Source: Glycera tridactyla
Taxonomy: Eukaryota
Reading direction: 5' to 3'
NCBI GenBank assembly: GCA_965644265.1
Contig: OZ286465.1
Location: forward strand, 80,600,001 to 80,663,845
Length of the DNA stretch: 63,845 bases
In this document: positions 25,526-35,404 of the stretch, one piece after another
How the letters are laid out: every line of letters begins with the position of its first letter
Numbering within the stretch: position 1 is the stretch's first letter
Notes under the pieces: generated by a model
Told to the model about the DNA's origin: nothing
Databases searched by the model: none
Seen by the model: the letters and a program-made list of their open reading frames with translations, nothing else
Program-made: the position numbers and the translations under genes

Positions 25526-26390
25526 GATGTCGCCGCTGGTAGTGACCTTACATCAGTAACAATTGCATTGTGTCTACAGTGTGGAGACTGAACATTGCCT
25601 GGTCAGTCACCATGTGGGGGAGAGGGAGAGGATATGTGAGAGAAAGACAGAGAGAGAGATAGCGGTGTGGAGACTGAAAATTGCCTGGTCAACATGTGGG
25701 AGAGAGGGGGAGAATATGTGGGAGAGAGATAGAGAGACAGGGAGAGAGAGAAAAAGAGAGAGCGAGCGACCCCACATCAGTGACCATTGTATTGTGCGTA
25801 CAATGTAAAGACTTGATATTGCCTGGTCATCATGTGGGAGAGAGGGAGAGGATATGTGGGAGAAAGAGAGGGAGAGAGGATGGGGGAGTTTGTCGCCGCT
25901 GGTAGTGGCCTTATATCAGTAACGAGTGCATTGTGTCTACAATGTGAGAACTGAATCTTGCCTGGTCAGCAAGAGAGAGAGAGAGAGAGAAAGAGCGGTG
26001 GAGAGAGAGAGCGGGGGGGAGATAGGAGGGTATGTGGGAGAGAGAGAGGGATGTCATTGCTGGTAGTGGTCTTACATCAGTAACGAGTGCATTGTGTCTA
26101 CTATGTGAGGAATGAATCCTGCCTGGTCAGCAAGAGAGAGAGAGAGGGGGGGGGAGAGAAAGCGCGGGAAGAGAGAGAGAGGGGAGGGTATGTGGGAGAG
26201 AGAGCGAGGGATGTCATTGCTGGTAGTGGGACCTTACATCAGTAACCATTGTATTGTGCCTACAATATGAAGATCTAAAATTGCCAGGACAGCAAAAGGG
26301 GGAGGGGGGGGGGAGAGAAAGACAGAGAGAGGGTATGCGGAGGAGAGAGGGGGATATCCCCGCTGGCAGTGCGACCTGACAGACAGACAG
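25526..26390. repeat. Array of ~80-bp conserved cores separated by GA-rich variable spacers
   Basis: Core TGTC(G/A)..GCTGGTAGTG.CCTTACATCAGTAAC...GCATTGTGTCTACA.TGTG...ACTGAA..TTGCCTGGTCA starts at 25528, 25891, 26052 and 26212, with partial cores at ~25665 and ~25775. Confidence 0.85.
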
Positions 26391-26600
26391 ACAGACAGAC
26401 AGACAGAGAGTCAGAGAGGGAGAGAGAGACCAACAGGTAGTCAGGCAGACAGGTAGACAGACAGACAGATGAATGGATAGGCAGACGCATAAAGGACGGA
26501 TGGACGGATGGATAGATAGATAGATGAATGAATGAATGAATGAACGAACGAATGAATGAATGAATGAATGAATGGACGGATGGGTGGATGTATGGATTCA
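26378..26600. repeat. Compound (GACA)/(GGAT)/(GATA)/(GAAT) microsatellite
   Basis: Successive tetranucleotide runs; explains the poly-SFIH ORFs. Confidence 0.9.
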
Positions 26601-27551
26601 TCGATGAATCGATCGATAGATCGATGGACCACCACCACCTGCATTACCATCACCCATCATCCCAACCAACTGAAACACCAATCAACAACCTCCATTGCCA
26701 CCAACACATCATGGATGGATGGATGGATAGATAGATGGATAGGTAGAAATTCAGCATATATAGAAATAGCAGATGGGCGCCATTGTTTGATTCACCGGAA
26801 GTTCTTAATGGACTCTGGCACATTTTTGAGAAATCACCTTCTATTTCGGGTTTTCAGTTTTGAGGAAAGCCATGAATCAGGTCTGCTTTTTCAAGTAGAT
26901 TTGAATTTCAAGCAAGTGGACTTCGAAACACAATATGTATCGATAGATGTGAGAAGGATGACGCGAAAATGCCCCGGGGGTCACAATTAGAATCTTAAAT
27001 GAGGCTTACCAGAGGCACATCCATTCGGAAGGTAACAATGGGGTTGTCTATATCAGGAAAATGATGGTAATTATGGTAGTTCGTGCTGATTGTATCCGTC
27101 CCGAAAGTGTTGGATGAATTGTCCATCATGGCGTGTTATGACGTCATAAACGGCCTTGACTCAGATGAATGCCACCATGTTTCAATCGATCCCGTCTCTA
27201 CCCAATTCGGTCATATCTATTTGGGACGGATTAGTCGTTCTATCATTCATCTCCTATTGATGGGAAGAGAGATAAGTCACACAAATCAGCCTCAACTCCC
27301 AAACTCAATCAGAAATCGGAACGGAGTGAAAAAATCGATCATCTGCTTCCTCTTACAGTTGCATGTTGGGTTTGCCAGAAATATGATCTATCTCAAATGA
27401 ATGGCAATCGAGCAAATGTAAATATATGCTATCCTGTGGATTGAAAGAGAAATGAGCTTTCACTACCAGCTTGCCAGCATTGAAAAACTGGGGTCAAGAT
27501 GCATGTTTTAGCTGAAAGCCATGCACGTGTGATATCTAAGTATCTATCTTA

Positions 27552-28075
27552 AGCCACCCTCACATAGGGCCGGCGCCTGCTCGAGACTGGTCGCGCTCGA
27601 AATCTACGAAAAATTGCGGTGGGGCGCGTAGAAAAATGATAATTTTTTTCGTTTTCTCATGCTTGGCTACGCTCCCTTGCGCCTTCTCCTGCCCGCTCGC
27701 AGGCTGCATAAGGATACGTGTGCTCGACGGAGTCTGATGGAGCCTGGCTATACCCCACGGCGCCTGTCTGCGCTTGTTCCCGCGCTCATTGGAGCCTGAC
27801 TACGCTCCCTGGGGCCTGTCTGCGCTCAGTTGAGCTCAGGCGGGCACCATCAAACGCCGCAGGGCTCCACGGGCTCCACCGGGCGCACACCTAGTAGTCA
27901 TCACGCTGCTTGGCACTTCAATGCACCCGACTGCGGCACCACTGCGCTCCCTCGCGCCTCCTTGCGCCTCCTCCCGCCTGCCCGGCTTTGCTTGCGTCTG
28001 TATCAATTTCTCGCGCTCGAACGCAGAAGTTTTGAACATTTTGAAATTTGCTCCGCGCTCAGAAATTTCCAACTC
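27552..28075. mobile_element. GC-rich repeat-derived segment abutting the 3' end of the Penelope-like element (possibly one arm of a non-autonomous DNA transposon)
   Basis: Sharp GC/CpG rise after TATCTTAA|GCCACCCTCACATAGG. Internal direct repeats: TCGCGCTCGAA (27591, ~28011), GGAGCCTG..TA...CCC..GG..CCTGTCTGCGCT (27739, 27791), CTCC(C)TTGCGCCT (27673, 27958). No partner inverted terminus noticed in the window. Confidence 0.45.
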
Positions 28076-28104
28076 CTACTTCCCCCATAATCCTTGCTTT
28101 TCAG

Positions 28105-30606
28105 CATGGTGTTTAGACCCGTGGGGCGTTAGGTTCTCAGTCTCTGGATCCAATTTTTTTCAATTAGAAGCCTCAGATTTTCAGCATAAGGAGCCAATGG
28201 GTCTGTATAGACGAAATCAAGAACAAATAACTCAACATCATCTCTTCCATTGTGTCCTTCACTGTTGAAATGTCTCCCAATGTCATCATCCAGAACCTTT
28301 CTTTTGATTCTGTCTACATGACCTTGCATGCGTTTCATGATTGTGGTCCTTGTGTGGCCCACATATTGTTTTCCACAGGTTTTGCATTGGATGCAATAAA
28401 TTAAATTCGAGCTCTTGCAAGTGATGTTCATCTTGCAGGCATATGACTGCCCAGTATATTTACTGGAGATTCTGCCATCTTTATTTAGAATGGGGCAATG
28501 TTTGCAGTTTTTGGTGGTGCATGCATTTTTACTTTTACTGAGAGGTATATTTTCTCCCTCAGTTATCTCAGGCAGCTTGGCTCTTATCAGCATGTCCTTC
28601 AAGTTGGGGGTCTTCTAAACCCATAGATCACCCTCTTTTCAGACAAGTCTTTCGTACCTGATGATCTCGACAAAACCTCCCAGTTTTTTCCGACAATCTC
28701 CCTCACATGACTGTTTCTGGGATTGAAAGTGGTCACCAGGAAAAGGTCGTCCACGTCACCTTTTTCCACATGTTTTACCTGTAATGTGTCCTCTCGTTTC
28801 ATGTCCATGGCTCGGATCCAACAGTCATATACGAGTTCCAGTGGGTACCCCCTTCTTAGGAAGTGCCCAGAAATTTGCAGGCTTTGTTTTATATAGTCAG
28901 AATCTCGAGAGCAAATTCGTTTCACCCTCAGGAACTGGCTATATGGCAGACTTTTTTTCATATGGAAAGGGTGGGCTGAACTGAAAAGGAGGTAGCTGTG
29001 GCTATCTGTGGGTTTGGAATATACCTCCGTCCACAGATCTCCTTCCTCTGTCAGATGTACCCTTGTATCCAAAAAAATCACCTCCGAACTGGATTTTTCT
29101 ACAGTAAACTTGATGCTGTCATGGCACTTATTCAAAAATTCCATGAATTCATCAAGTTTCTGTTCCCCCTCGGTCCAGATTCCAGATATATCATCCAGGA
29201 ACCTTTTCCAAAGCAACGGTTGTTCGCCGTATTCATAGACGAATTTGTCCTCAAATTCGCCCATAAAAAAGTTAGCAAGGCTAGGTGCAACTCTGGTTCC
29301 CATTGCGGTACCCCCTACCTGTAGGTAGTGGTCCCCATTGAATTTGGAGTTATTTCTTGTCAAAACAAGCTCCAAAAGATGTACCAGAGACTCATTTTTT
29401 GGCATGAAGATTTGGCATGAAGATTTTCCAGCAGCCGTTTTATACACTCAAATCCCTCATTCTGGGGGATGTTGGTATATAAGCTGGTTACATCACACAT
29501 AGATAGGATGGCCCCAGATGGTAGCTTTCCTATTTTTTCTATAGTATTCACAAAATCTGTCGTGTCCCTTAAGTAGCTGGTTACTTCTGGGAGCAACGGT
29601 TTTATAAAATGATCCACCAGTTTCGAGATTTTCTCTGTTGGGCACCCATTTGCAGAGATGATGGGTCTCCCGGGAGGTGGTATTTTACCCTTGTGAATTT
29701 TTGGCAACATGTAAAATTCAGGTGTTCTTGGTGAAATGTTGTCCAAATATTGGTAACATTTCAACGATATTTCTCCCCTGATTTTCATCTTAGCAAGGAA
29801 GTTCAGGACTTCCTTGTTATGTTTCTCAGTCAGATCTTCATCCATTTTCTTGTAGAATTTTGCATTCTCCAATTGAGAGTACCCTTCTTTCAAATAATCA
29901 GATCTGTTCATGATTACTATTTTGAGCCCTTGTCAGCCTTTTTCACCACCACATTTTTATTGGAAAAGAGCTCCTTGATCCCCTTTTGCTCATTTGGACT
30001 GACGTTCTCAGGTTTGTTTCTGTTAAACTGTACCTTCGACAAATCGAAGTCATTCATGTCTGTGAATGTATTTAGACTTTGAGGGTTCTGTTTGGGTTCC
30101 CATATGGATGGTAGGGTGAATTCACTATGTTCAGAAGGGCTGAAATCATTGCCGATTCGCAGTGTGGTGTTAAGTGTGTGTGGTGTGAACGTCGCTGCAC
30201 TACACGAAGACCCATCAACTATATCAGTAGGTCGGTCTTTCAAGGATGACATGGAACCACCATGTACTCGGTCAGTGTCTGACACGGTATCCCTATTGAA
30301 ATGAACATATTTTCTCAGTCTGCGATGGAATCTTTCTAAATCATCACACAATTCACCCATATCTGGTTCTCCCGGAGTCAGACAAAATGTCAGACCTTTT
30401 GCAAGGGCCGACTTTTGACTCCCAGATAATTGTAAGTCTGACAAATTCATAATACCATTATCATCAACATTCAATGTAGAGATAATCAACTCAGTATTCT
30501 CTGCAATATTTTTGTTTTCATGTTGCCTCAGATAAACACTCGTACTCTTCTGTTTGTTCAGAAATGTCCACTTACACGTTTTTAACTGATTGTTTGAGCA
30601 GTTCAT
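28105..30606 (-). pseudogene. PLE polyprotein: N-terminal region, reverse transcriptase, thumb, Cys-rich linker, GIY-YIG endonuclease (~830 aa reconstructed; 3 frameshifts, 1 premature stop)
   Basis: NLS..L...KSALAKGLTFC.TP; KKADKGS/VIMNRSDY; FYMLPKIHK...PGRPIIS; DVTSLYTNIP; YLQVGGTAMGTRVAPSLAN; WKRFLDDI; FLD; YSKPTDSHSYL.FSSAHP; linker CTTKNCKHCP; CKSSNLIYCIQCKTCGKQYVGHT...KRMQGH...RHFNSEGH...EKNWIQRLRT*RPTGLN. Breaks at ~29920, ~29410-29430 and ~28603; TAA at 28129-28131. Confidence 0.95.
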
Positions 30607-30608
30607 GT

Positions 30609-31653
30609 TTAGTTCCGATACTGATTGTATCGCTTCTCCTTTCTTGATGGATTTGAAGGCTTGTTTGCAATGTCCATCATTATACTCTCCACAGCCTCGC
30701 TAGGCCCGATTTTGGGTTGGTCGGCTCTTCCCAACATCGGCCCTTCGTCGGGTGGAAATCCTCTCTGGGCCGGTCTGGCATGAACAGGCCCTTCCTGGCC
30801 CACCCCCCCCCCTGAAAACCCTGCTTCTTTCCTTTGTACCCACGTGGTGAAATAGGGGATCTGCTTCTTTCCTTCTTTTCACGTCGTGGTGATCGGTCTC
30901 TTTTTCGCTGCACGGTTCCTCCAATTTGGTTTGAATCCGTCGTCATGTCCAACTCCGATCTCCATCTCAGTTATGTCAGCAAGATCCTTCTTTTCTTCCT
31001 TGGGGGCATCACGTGGTTTGAAGCTGATTGGTTGGGGTTCACGTTTGTTCATCACATTTTGTGGTGCTAGTAATAACTCCACAACTTCACTGCTTGGCAC
31101 TGGATTTTTACCCACTTCAACTTCAACTTTGGCGAGTACTTTCCTTGCATTCACCTTTTCCCTGATTGAAAGGGCTTTCAGGAGTCTCTCCGCAGTTTTG
31201 AAGCCTGTGGTCCTATCCTCGCCATAAAGCAATTTCACTGCTTCCTTGTTAGCAGCTCCTATTTTTTCAAAGAATTTAGCTTTGCTCTCGAGGGCCTCTG
31301 CAAAGAAGATCATTCTCTCTTGTGCCTGACCTCTCACCAGTTCATTGAATTCGCGGTGTATATCCTTATTCGCCGGCATAAACGCAGGGGCTTCTTCCAA
31401 GCCCAGGGCCCACCTGGGGATCCGATCTGCTTGGGCCATGGCTCTTAGATGGGCCGAACGTGTCATGGATTTGGCCTCCGTCGCCATTGCCCCTCTTGCC
31501 CTGCGAAAACTATCTGCCCGCTCCGTGGGGTACCGTGATGTCCTCTTCTAGGACGGCCTCGTAGTCCCACTCCTCATTCTCTTCTTCCTGCAAGCAAACA
31601 ACAGAAGTAAGTGGTTGTACAGTGTTATGTTGGGTTTGGGAATTCGGGGCCAT
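30609..31653 (-). pseudogene. PLE-associated ORF1 (inferred ~348 aa): acidic start, helical core, RS/RG-rich and Pro/Gly-rich C-terminus
   Basis: ATG at 31653 in context GGGCCATGG. The 202-aa open segment 30879..31487 can be joined upstream and downstream by single-base corrections in homopolymers (G4 31527-30, T5 30901-05, C10 30803-12), giving ...RDRSPRREKKERSRSPISPRG... and ending RYNQYRN* at 30609. No family recognised. Confidence 0.6.
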
Positions 31654-31668
31654 GGCCCTGTCTGTCAC
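31588..31668 (-). other. Candidate 81-nt GT-AG intron between ORF0 and ORF1
   Basis: Minus strand: TAG|GTGACA ... CCACTTACTTCTGTTGTTTGCTTGCAG|GAAGAAG. The acceptor is strong; the segment is a multiple of 3 and stop-free in frame. Confidence 0.35.
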
Positions 31669-32238
31669 CTAATCACTGTCCTCACTAGAGATCAAACTCT
31701 GATTTGATTTTCTCTTCTGACGTTTACGTTTTCTTTGCTTTTCACTCCTTGATAGGGGTGGTTCCTGTGTACTCATCTCAGGATCATCTTCCATGGATTT
31801 CAATAGTTCCAGAGTTTGTGAGTCTGAAGTTTCCGTATTGTCTTGGACCTGGATATTTGGGGCAGAATAGGTTCTATCCTCTCCTAAAGAGATGTAGCAC
31901 ATGCTGGATATTTTATCATCATGGAGTGATCGGGAAAAGCCTACTTTGGCATTTTCTTCAAAGTCGTCTAGTCTATCTAGGAAATCTAGCATTTCCTTAT
32001 TGGCCGAATTTACAATCAGGTCCGTGATGGTGCTATCCGAGTTATAGGACTCTGGATTGTAATCTAGGCCTTTCACTTTGGATGCAAATAATAGTTCCCC
32101 TGTATGCTTTGTGCTTGGGGTTTCTATCGATTCATTCATTATAGTGGTGTCACTTTCAATATTGTCTATGCGAATTTTGGCCCTTGACTGTTTGTCATTT
32201 TTTCCAAAAATCGCAGTGATAGGCCTCTGGCCCTTCAA
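31669..32238 (-). CDS. PLE-associated ORF0 (189-codon open frame, first ATG at 32139): acidic low-complexity protein with a basic NLS-like patch
   Basis: Stop-free for 570 nt, on the same strand and frame as the start of ORF1. Contains EKQRKRKRQKRKS and ends SSEDSD*. The listed start is TTG, so it is either 5'-truncated or starts at M34. Confidence 0.5.
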   Translation of the reverse strand: MKGQRPITAIFGKNDKQSRAKIRIDNIESDTTIMNESIETPSTKHTGELLFASKVKGLDYNPESYNSDSTITDLIVNSANKEMLDFLDRLDDFEENAKVGFSRSLHDDKISSMCYISLGEDRTYSAPNIQVQDNTETSDSQTLELLKSMEDDPEMSTQEPPLSRSEKQRKRKRQKRKSNQSLISSEDSD

Positions 32239-32254
32239 GGGTCTGTGTTTTTAC

Positions 32255-32296
32255 TATATATATATATATGGTATCCTGTATATATATATATATATA
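32255..32296. repeat. Interrupted (TA)n microsatellite at the PLE 5' junction
   Basis: Two TA runs separated by GGTATCCTG. Confidence 0.95.
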
Positions 32297-32369
32297 GTTT
32301 ATCCTTGGTTAGCACTAGGGTCTTGTAAAGCGGAAGTACTCCATCATGCCAGCAACAAATAAATGCCTC

Positions 32370-32800
32370 GCATGCTGGTGGTGGTCGTAAATTTGCATTA
32401 ATGATGACATTGAAGAGAGTTACGTGGCCATGGTCAAATAAAATATTGTCTCTGGTTGAATACAGCTCTGGATGCCTGAAAGATGGAGGAGAAAGAATGT
32501 CGTTTCTCGCAGTCCAATGCATACTTCTCGGAAATCGATAGTAAAGAGATTGTGGAAGAATGGAAGAGGTGATATTTTTGTACTTGTGCTTGATTGTCCG
32601 AGGTGATTGGAACTGCGATCACCAATCATGGCATCATCAATGGGAGGATTCCCCGAACACAGCTATTGGTCTCATTGCAATAGCCAACCTTAATGTGGGT
32701 CTCGTTATTCACCACAGAATCATCACTCAACGGATTCTTTTAGTGGATTCTGTCCAATTGTGCGTATCTTTTAACATATTGTGCCTTCCCCCGACTACCC
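32370..32800 (+). pseudogene. Decayed LINE apurinic-like (APE) endonuclease fragment
   Basis: Degenerate motifs in order across frames: HAGGG..INDDI, CLWLN, then EEVI...LIVRGDWNCDHQSW (GDFN motif). Confidence 0.4.
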
Positions 32801-35404
32801 TTTATCACCAAAGTGGAAATTATCAGGCTTTATTTATTCAAAGAATACATCTTCCATCTTTCAGTATTCTGGAAGCTAAAGAAAGCTGACATGCTCTCTT
32901 GAAGGCGTTACCCGCCTCAATATCGTCAAAGACACTGATGTAGTGGTCATTTGCGGGATGCTTCCACCATCAAAATATACATTCTGGTGGGATGCAGGCT
33001 CTTATGATAGCGATGAATCATTGAAACATCAGGAATCAAACACTACCCTGGTATTGAAATGTTTGATTAGTTGTAGCGATCGAAACGACTTCGACTATAG
33101 TCGAACATCGGCACATCACTGAATGTTACTACTGACAACAGACTGCCAAATTTCCTTCTGATGCATTAGACATCCCTGCAGATGTCTTTCTATTCTCAGC
33201 CGTAGTGGATCTCAAGCGTCTCCCTCCAATTAATTCTTCATTAACATTAGATATCAGAGAGGTCACAGTGAAACTGCTACAAGGTACAGTTTGAGGATTG
33301 ACTAGCTCCTGCTGAAGCAGAGATTTCAATCCCAAATCAGAATGCTGTGAGAGGCATCTCGCTTGTCATATCCAAATGAGATAGGAACTAACAGTTTTTG
33401 AACAGTTATTGCTTCAGTATTTACGACGTGTGGCATTCAGCTAATGTATGGTATTTGACCAACATGACAACCAATAGCTCATCCGATTCGTGTCCTAGAA
33501 ATATTCTTTTTTCGAACTGGTTACATGGCGAGTTAGACTAGTAATTTACCAGAATGGAGATGTTGTCACTACAGGTGTGCAATTCCGTTAAATAGACTTG
33601 TTCTTTATCGTCATTTTACAGTCAGTCATATGCTGTGGAAAGTGACTTTGATGCTATGACTTCCATGTACGTGAGCGATATTCTGAATTCCCTCTCAGTG
33701 ATCCGGACAATGATCCTGGGCTCATTCCCATAAAATACATGCGTGAAAATTGGTTAGTCCGACGGCAATCGCTATCATGGTGGTTTGTGGTGATTGTATA
33801 CACTGTCAATGTGTCCGCCGAATTGTCCGCCATTACGTGTTATGACGTCATAAATGAAATGAGTCGGTAGTGCGAATACTCTTCAATTTTTGTGATAATT
33901 CCATCGAACCCTGTTACGAGATAATCTGAATACAATCCATGCCCTCACATTATCGTAGATTGCCAGAAACATATTTTGGGCCTATCGTGACTTTTATTGG
34001 TATTCTCACCTAAGACATTTTCCATCGGAAGGACTCAAAGTATGCGAAAGCTTCAGATGCCTCTTTTAAACTTGAGTAGGGTGCACTGGCTATCACATTT
34101 TGCTTCTTTTCGAGTACCTCCCATATCTGTAGACAAGCATTCGCCAAGTACATTGATTCTGATTATGGGAGATCCAACTCCATTCAGAAGAACTAAATTG
34201 CTGAATTTCGTCTACTGTACACTTCATTTAGTACATCAGAAACTTACTTATTCCATCCGAGATTCTGATTTTGCTGAGTCTCAGAGATGCACTCGAAGAA
34301 TGATAATCTTTTGTCTCCGGAGGGCGATGCGATATCGTCAGCGCCTAGTTCATTCGAGCTAATATCAACCACAACTTTCTGCATGATGTGCTCGAAGGAT
34401 TGGCTTACACAGCACATTTACACACGTGATCACATTGTCATGATGTTGAATGATGACAAGGGATCGCTCTCAGCATCTCGGAAGCTTACAATCTGTTGGC
34501 TGAATACGTCAACGGAGCTGCTTTTCTGTAGGTGTCTGGGAGGGGAGCCAGTGTAATATTAGAGTCATGCTGGGGCTAGAAGCCTAATTGTGACATGTTT
34601 TCTCGTTAATTGTTGGAACACAGTTCTTCCATTAGCAGTGGGGAAGTTGCTGAGATGAATTAGGAGAGAGATCATGTTGTTCAAACGTGTGAATATCGGT
34701 TACACAACCCAGTCTGCTCTCTCGACTCATTCCCGAGAGTTCGATTCTTCATCAAACCCACTCAATAAATCGAGCTTGTGCAAATCATCACGTTGAGTTC
34801 AATAACGGACGAACAGTGTTCGGCCATATGATATGTTACTTTCCACTATGGCATCTCTCTTCGGACATTCTTGCCTTCTTTGGGGTGGGGAAGTTTTGGT
34901 AGGTCCAAGTTTAAAGGAATGCGTCAACATAAATGGGCGTGAGTGTCACACTCACAAACCATGTACACAAGATGATCGTGGCATGGCATCACTTGATGGC
35001 ATGGTTAACTATTTACAGGCCGAATCTCACTCCACAACAGTGCTCCGCACGAAGCAGAATTATCTATCGTCCTGATTTGATTGTTTTCCTGTATAATGTA
35101 CATCTTGTGCGGTTAGAGGATGTTGAGCGTGTCATATATGTGCTGGTGTCTCTGTGTGGTCTTTCAGAAGCTAGTCAGTCTCGGATTGGCACCTGCTGGA
35201 ATAATGTCATCGAGAAAGGAGAAATTCAGTTGAGAATGTAATGTATCGTGATACACCCACGCAGCCATTCTATGGAATATATTTCTTTCAACATGCAAAT
35301 TTACTCTCTTTCATGTTCTTGCACATTATCTAGCAATTCCAATGGTTCAGCATATTAGAATATAAAAAGATGATTCTAAGCTCTAATCAGTAAATGGATC
35401 CAGC

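Larger units (their letters stand above)
28100..32250 (-). mobile_element. Penelope-like retroelement (RT + C-terminal GIY-YIG, Neptune-type) with additional upstream ORFs
   Basis: Collinear PLE signatures over ~2.5 kb plus two upstream coding blocks. The 5' side abuts a (TA)n tract; the 3' side runs into a GC-rich segment. Boundaries approximate. Confidence 0.95.

Noticed and set aside
27830-28268. ORFs in the GC-rich block (27830..28090, 27836..28072, 27921..28268)
   Set aside because: Expected by chance at high GC; no recognisable domain.
30834-31227. Plus-strand ORFs overlapping the PLE (also 28415-29324, 29750-30304, 31345-32362)
   Set aside because: Antisense shadows of the minus-strand coding sequence with no independent motifs.
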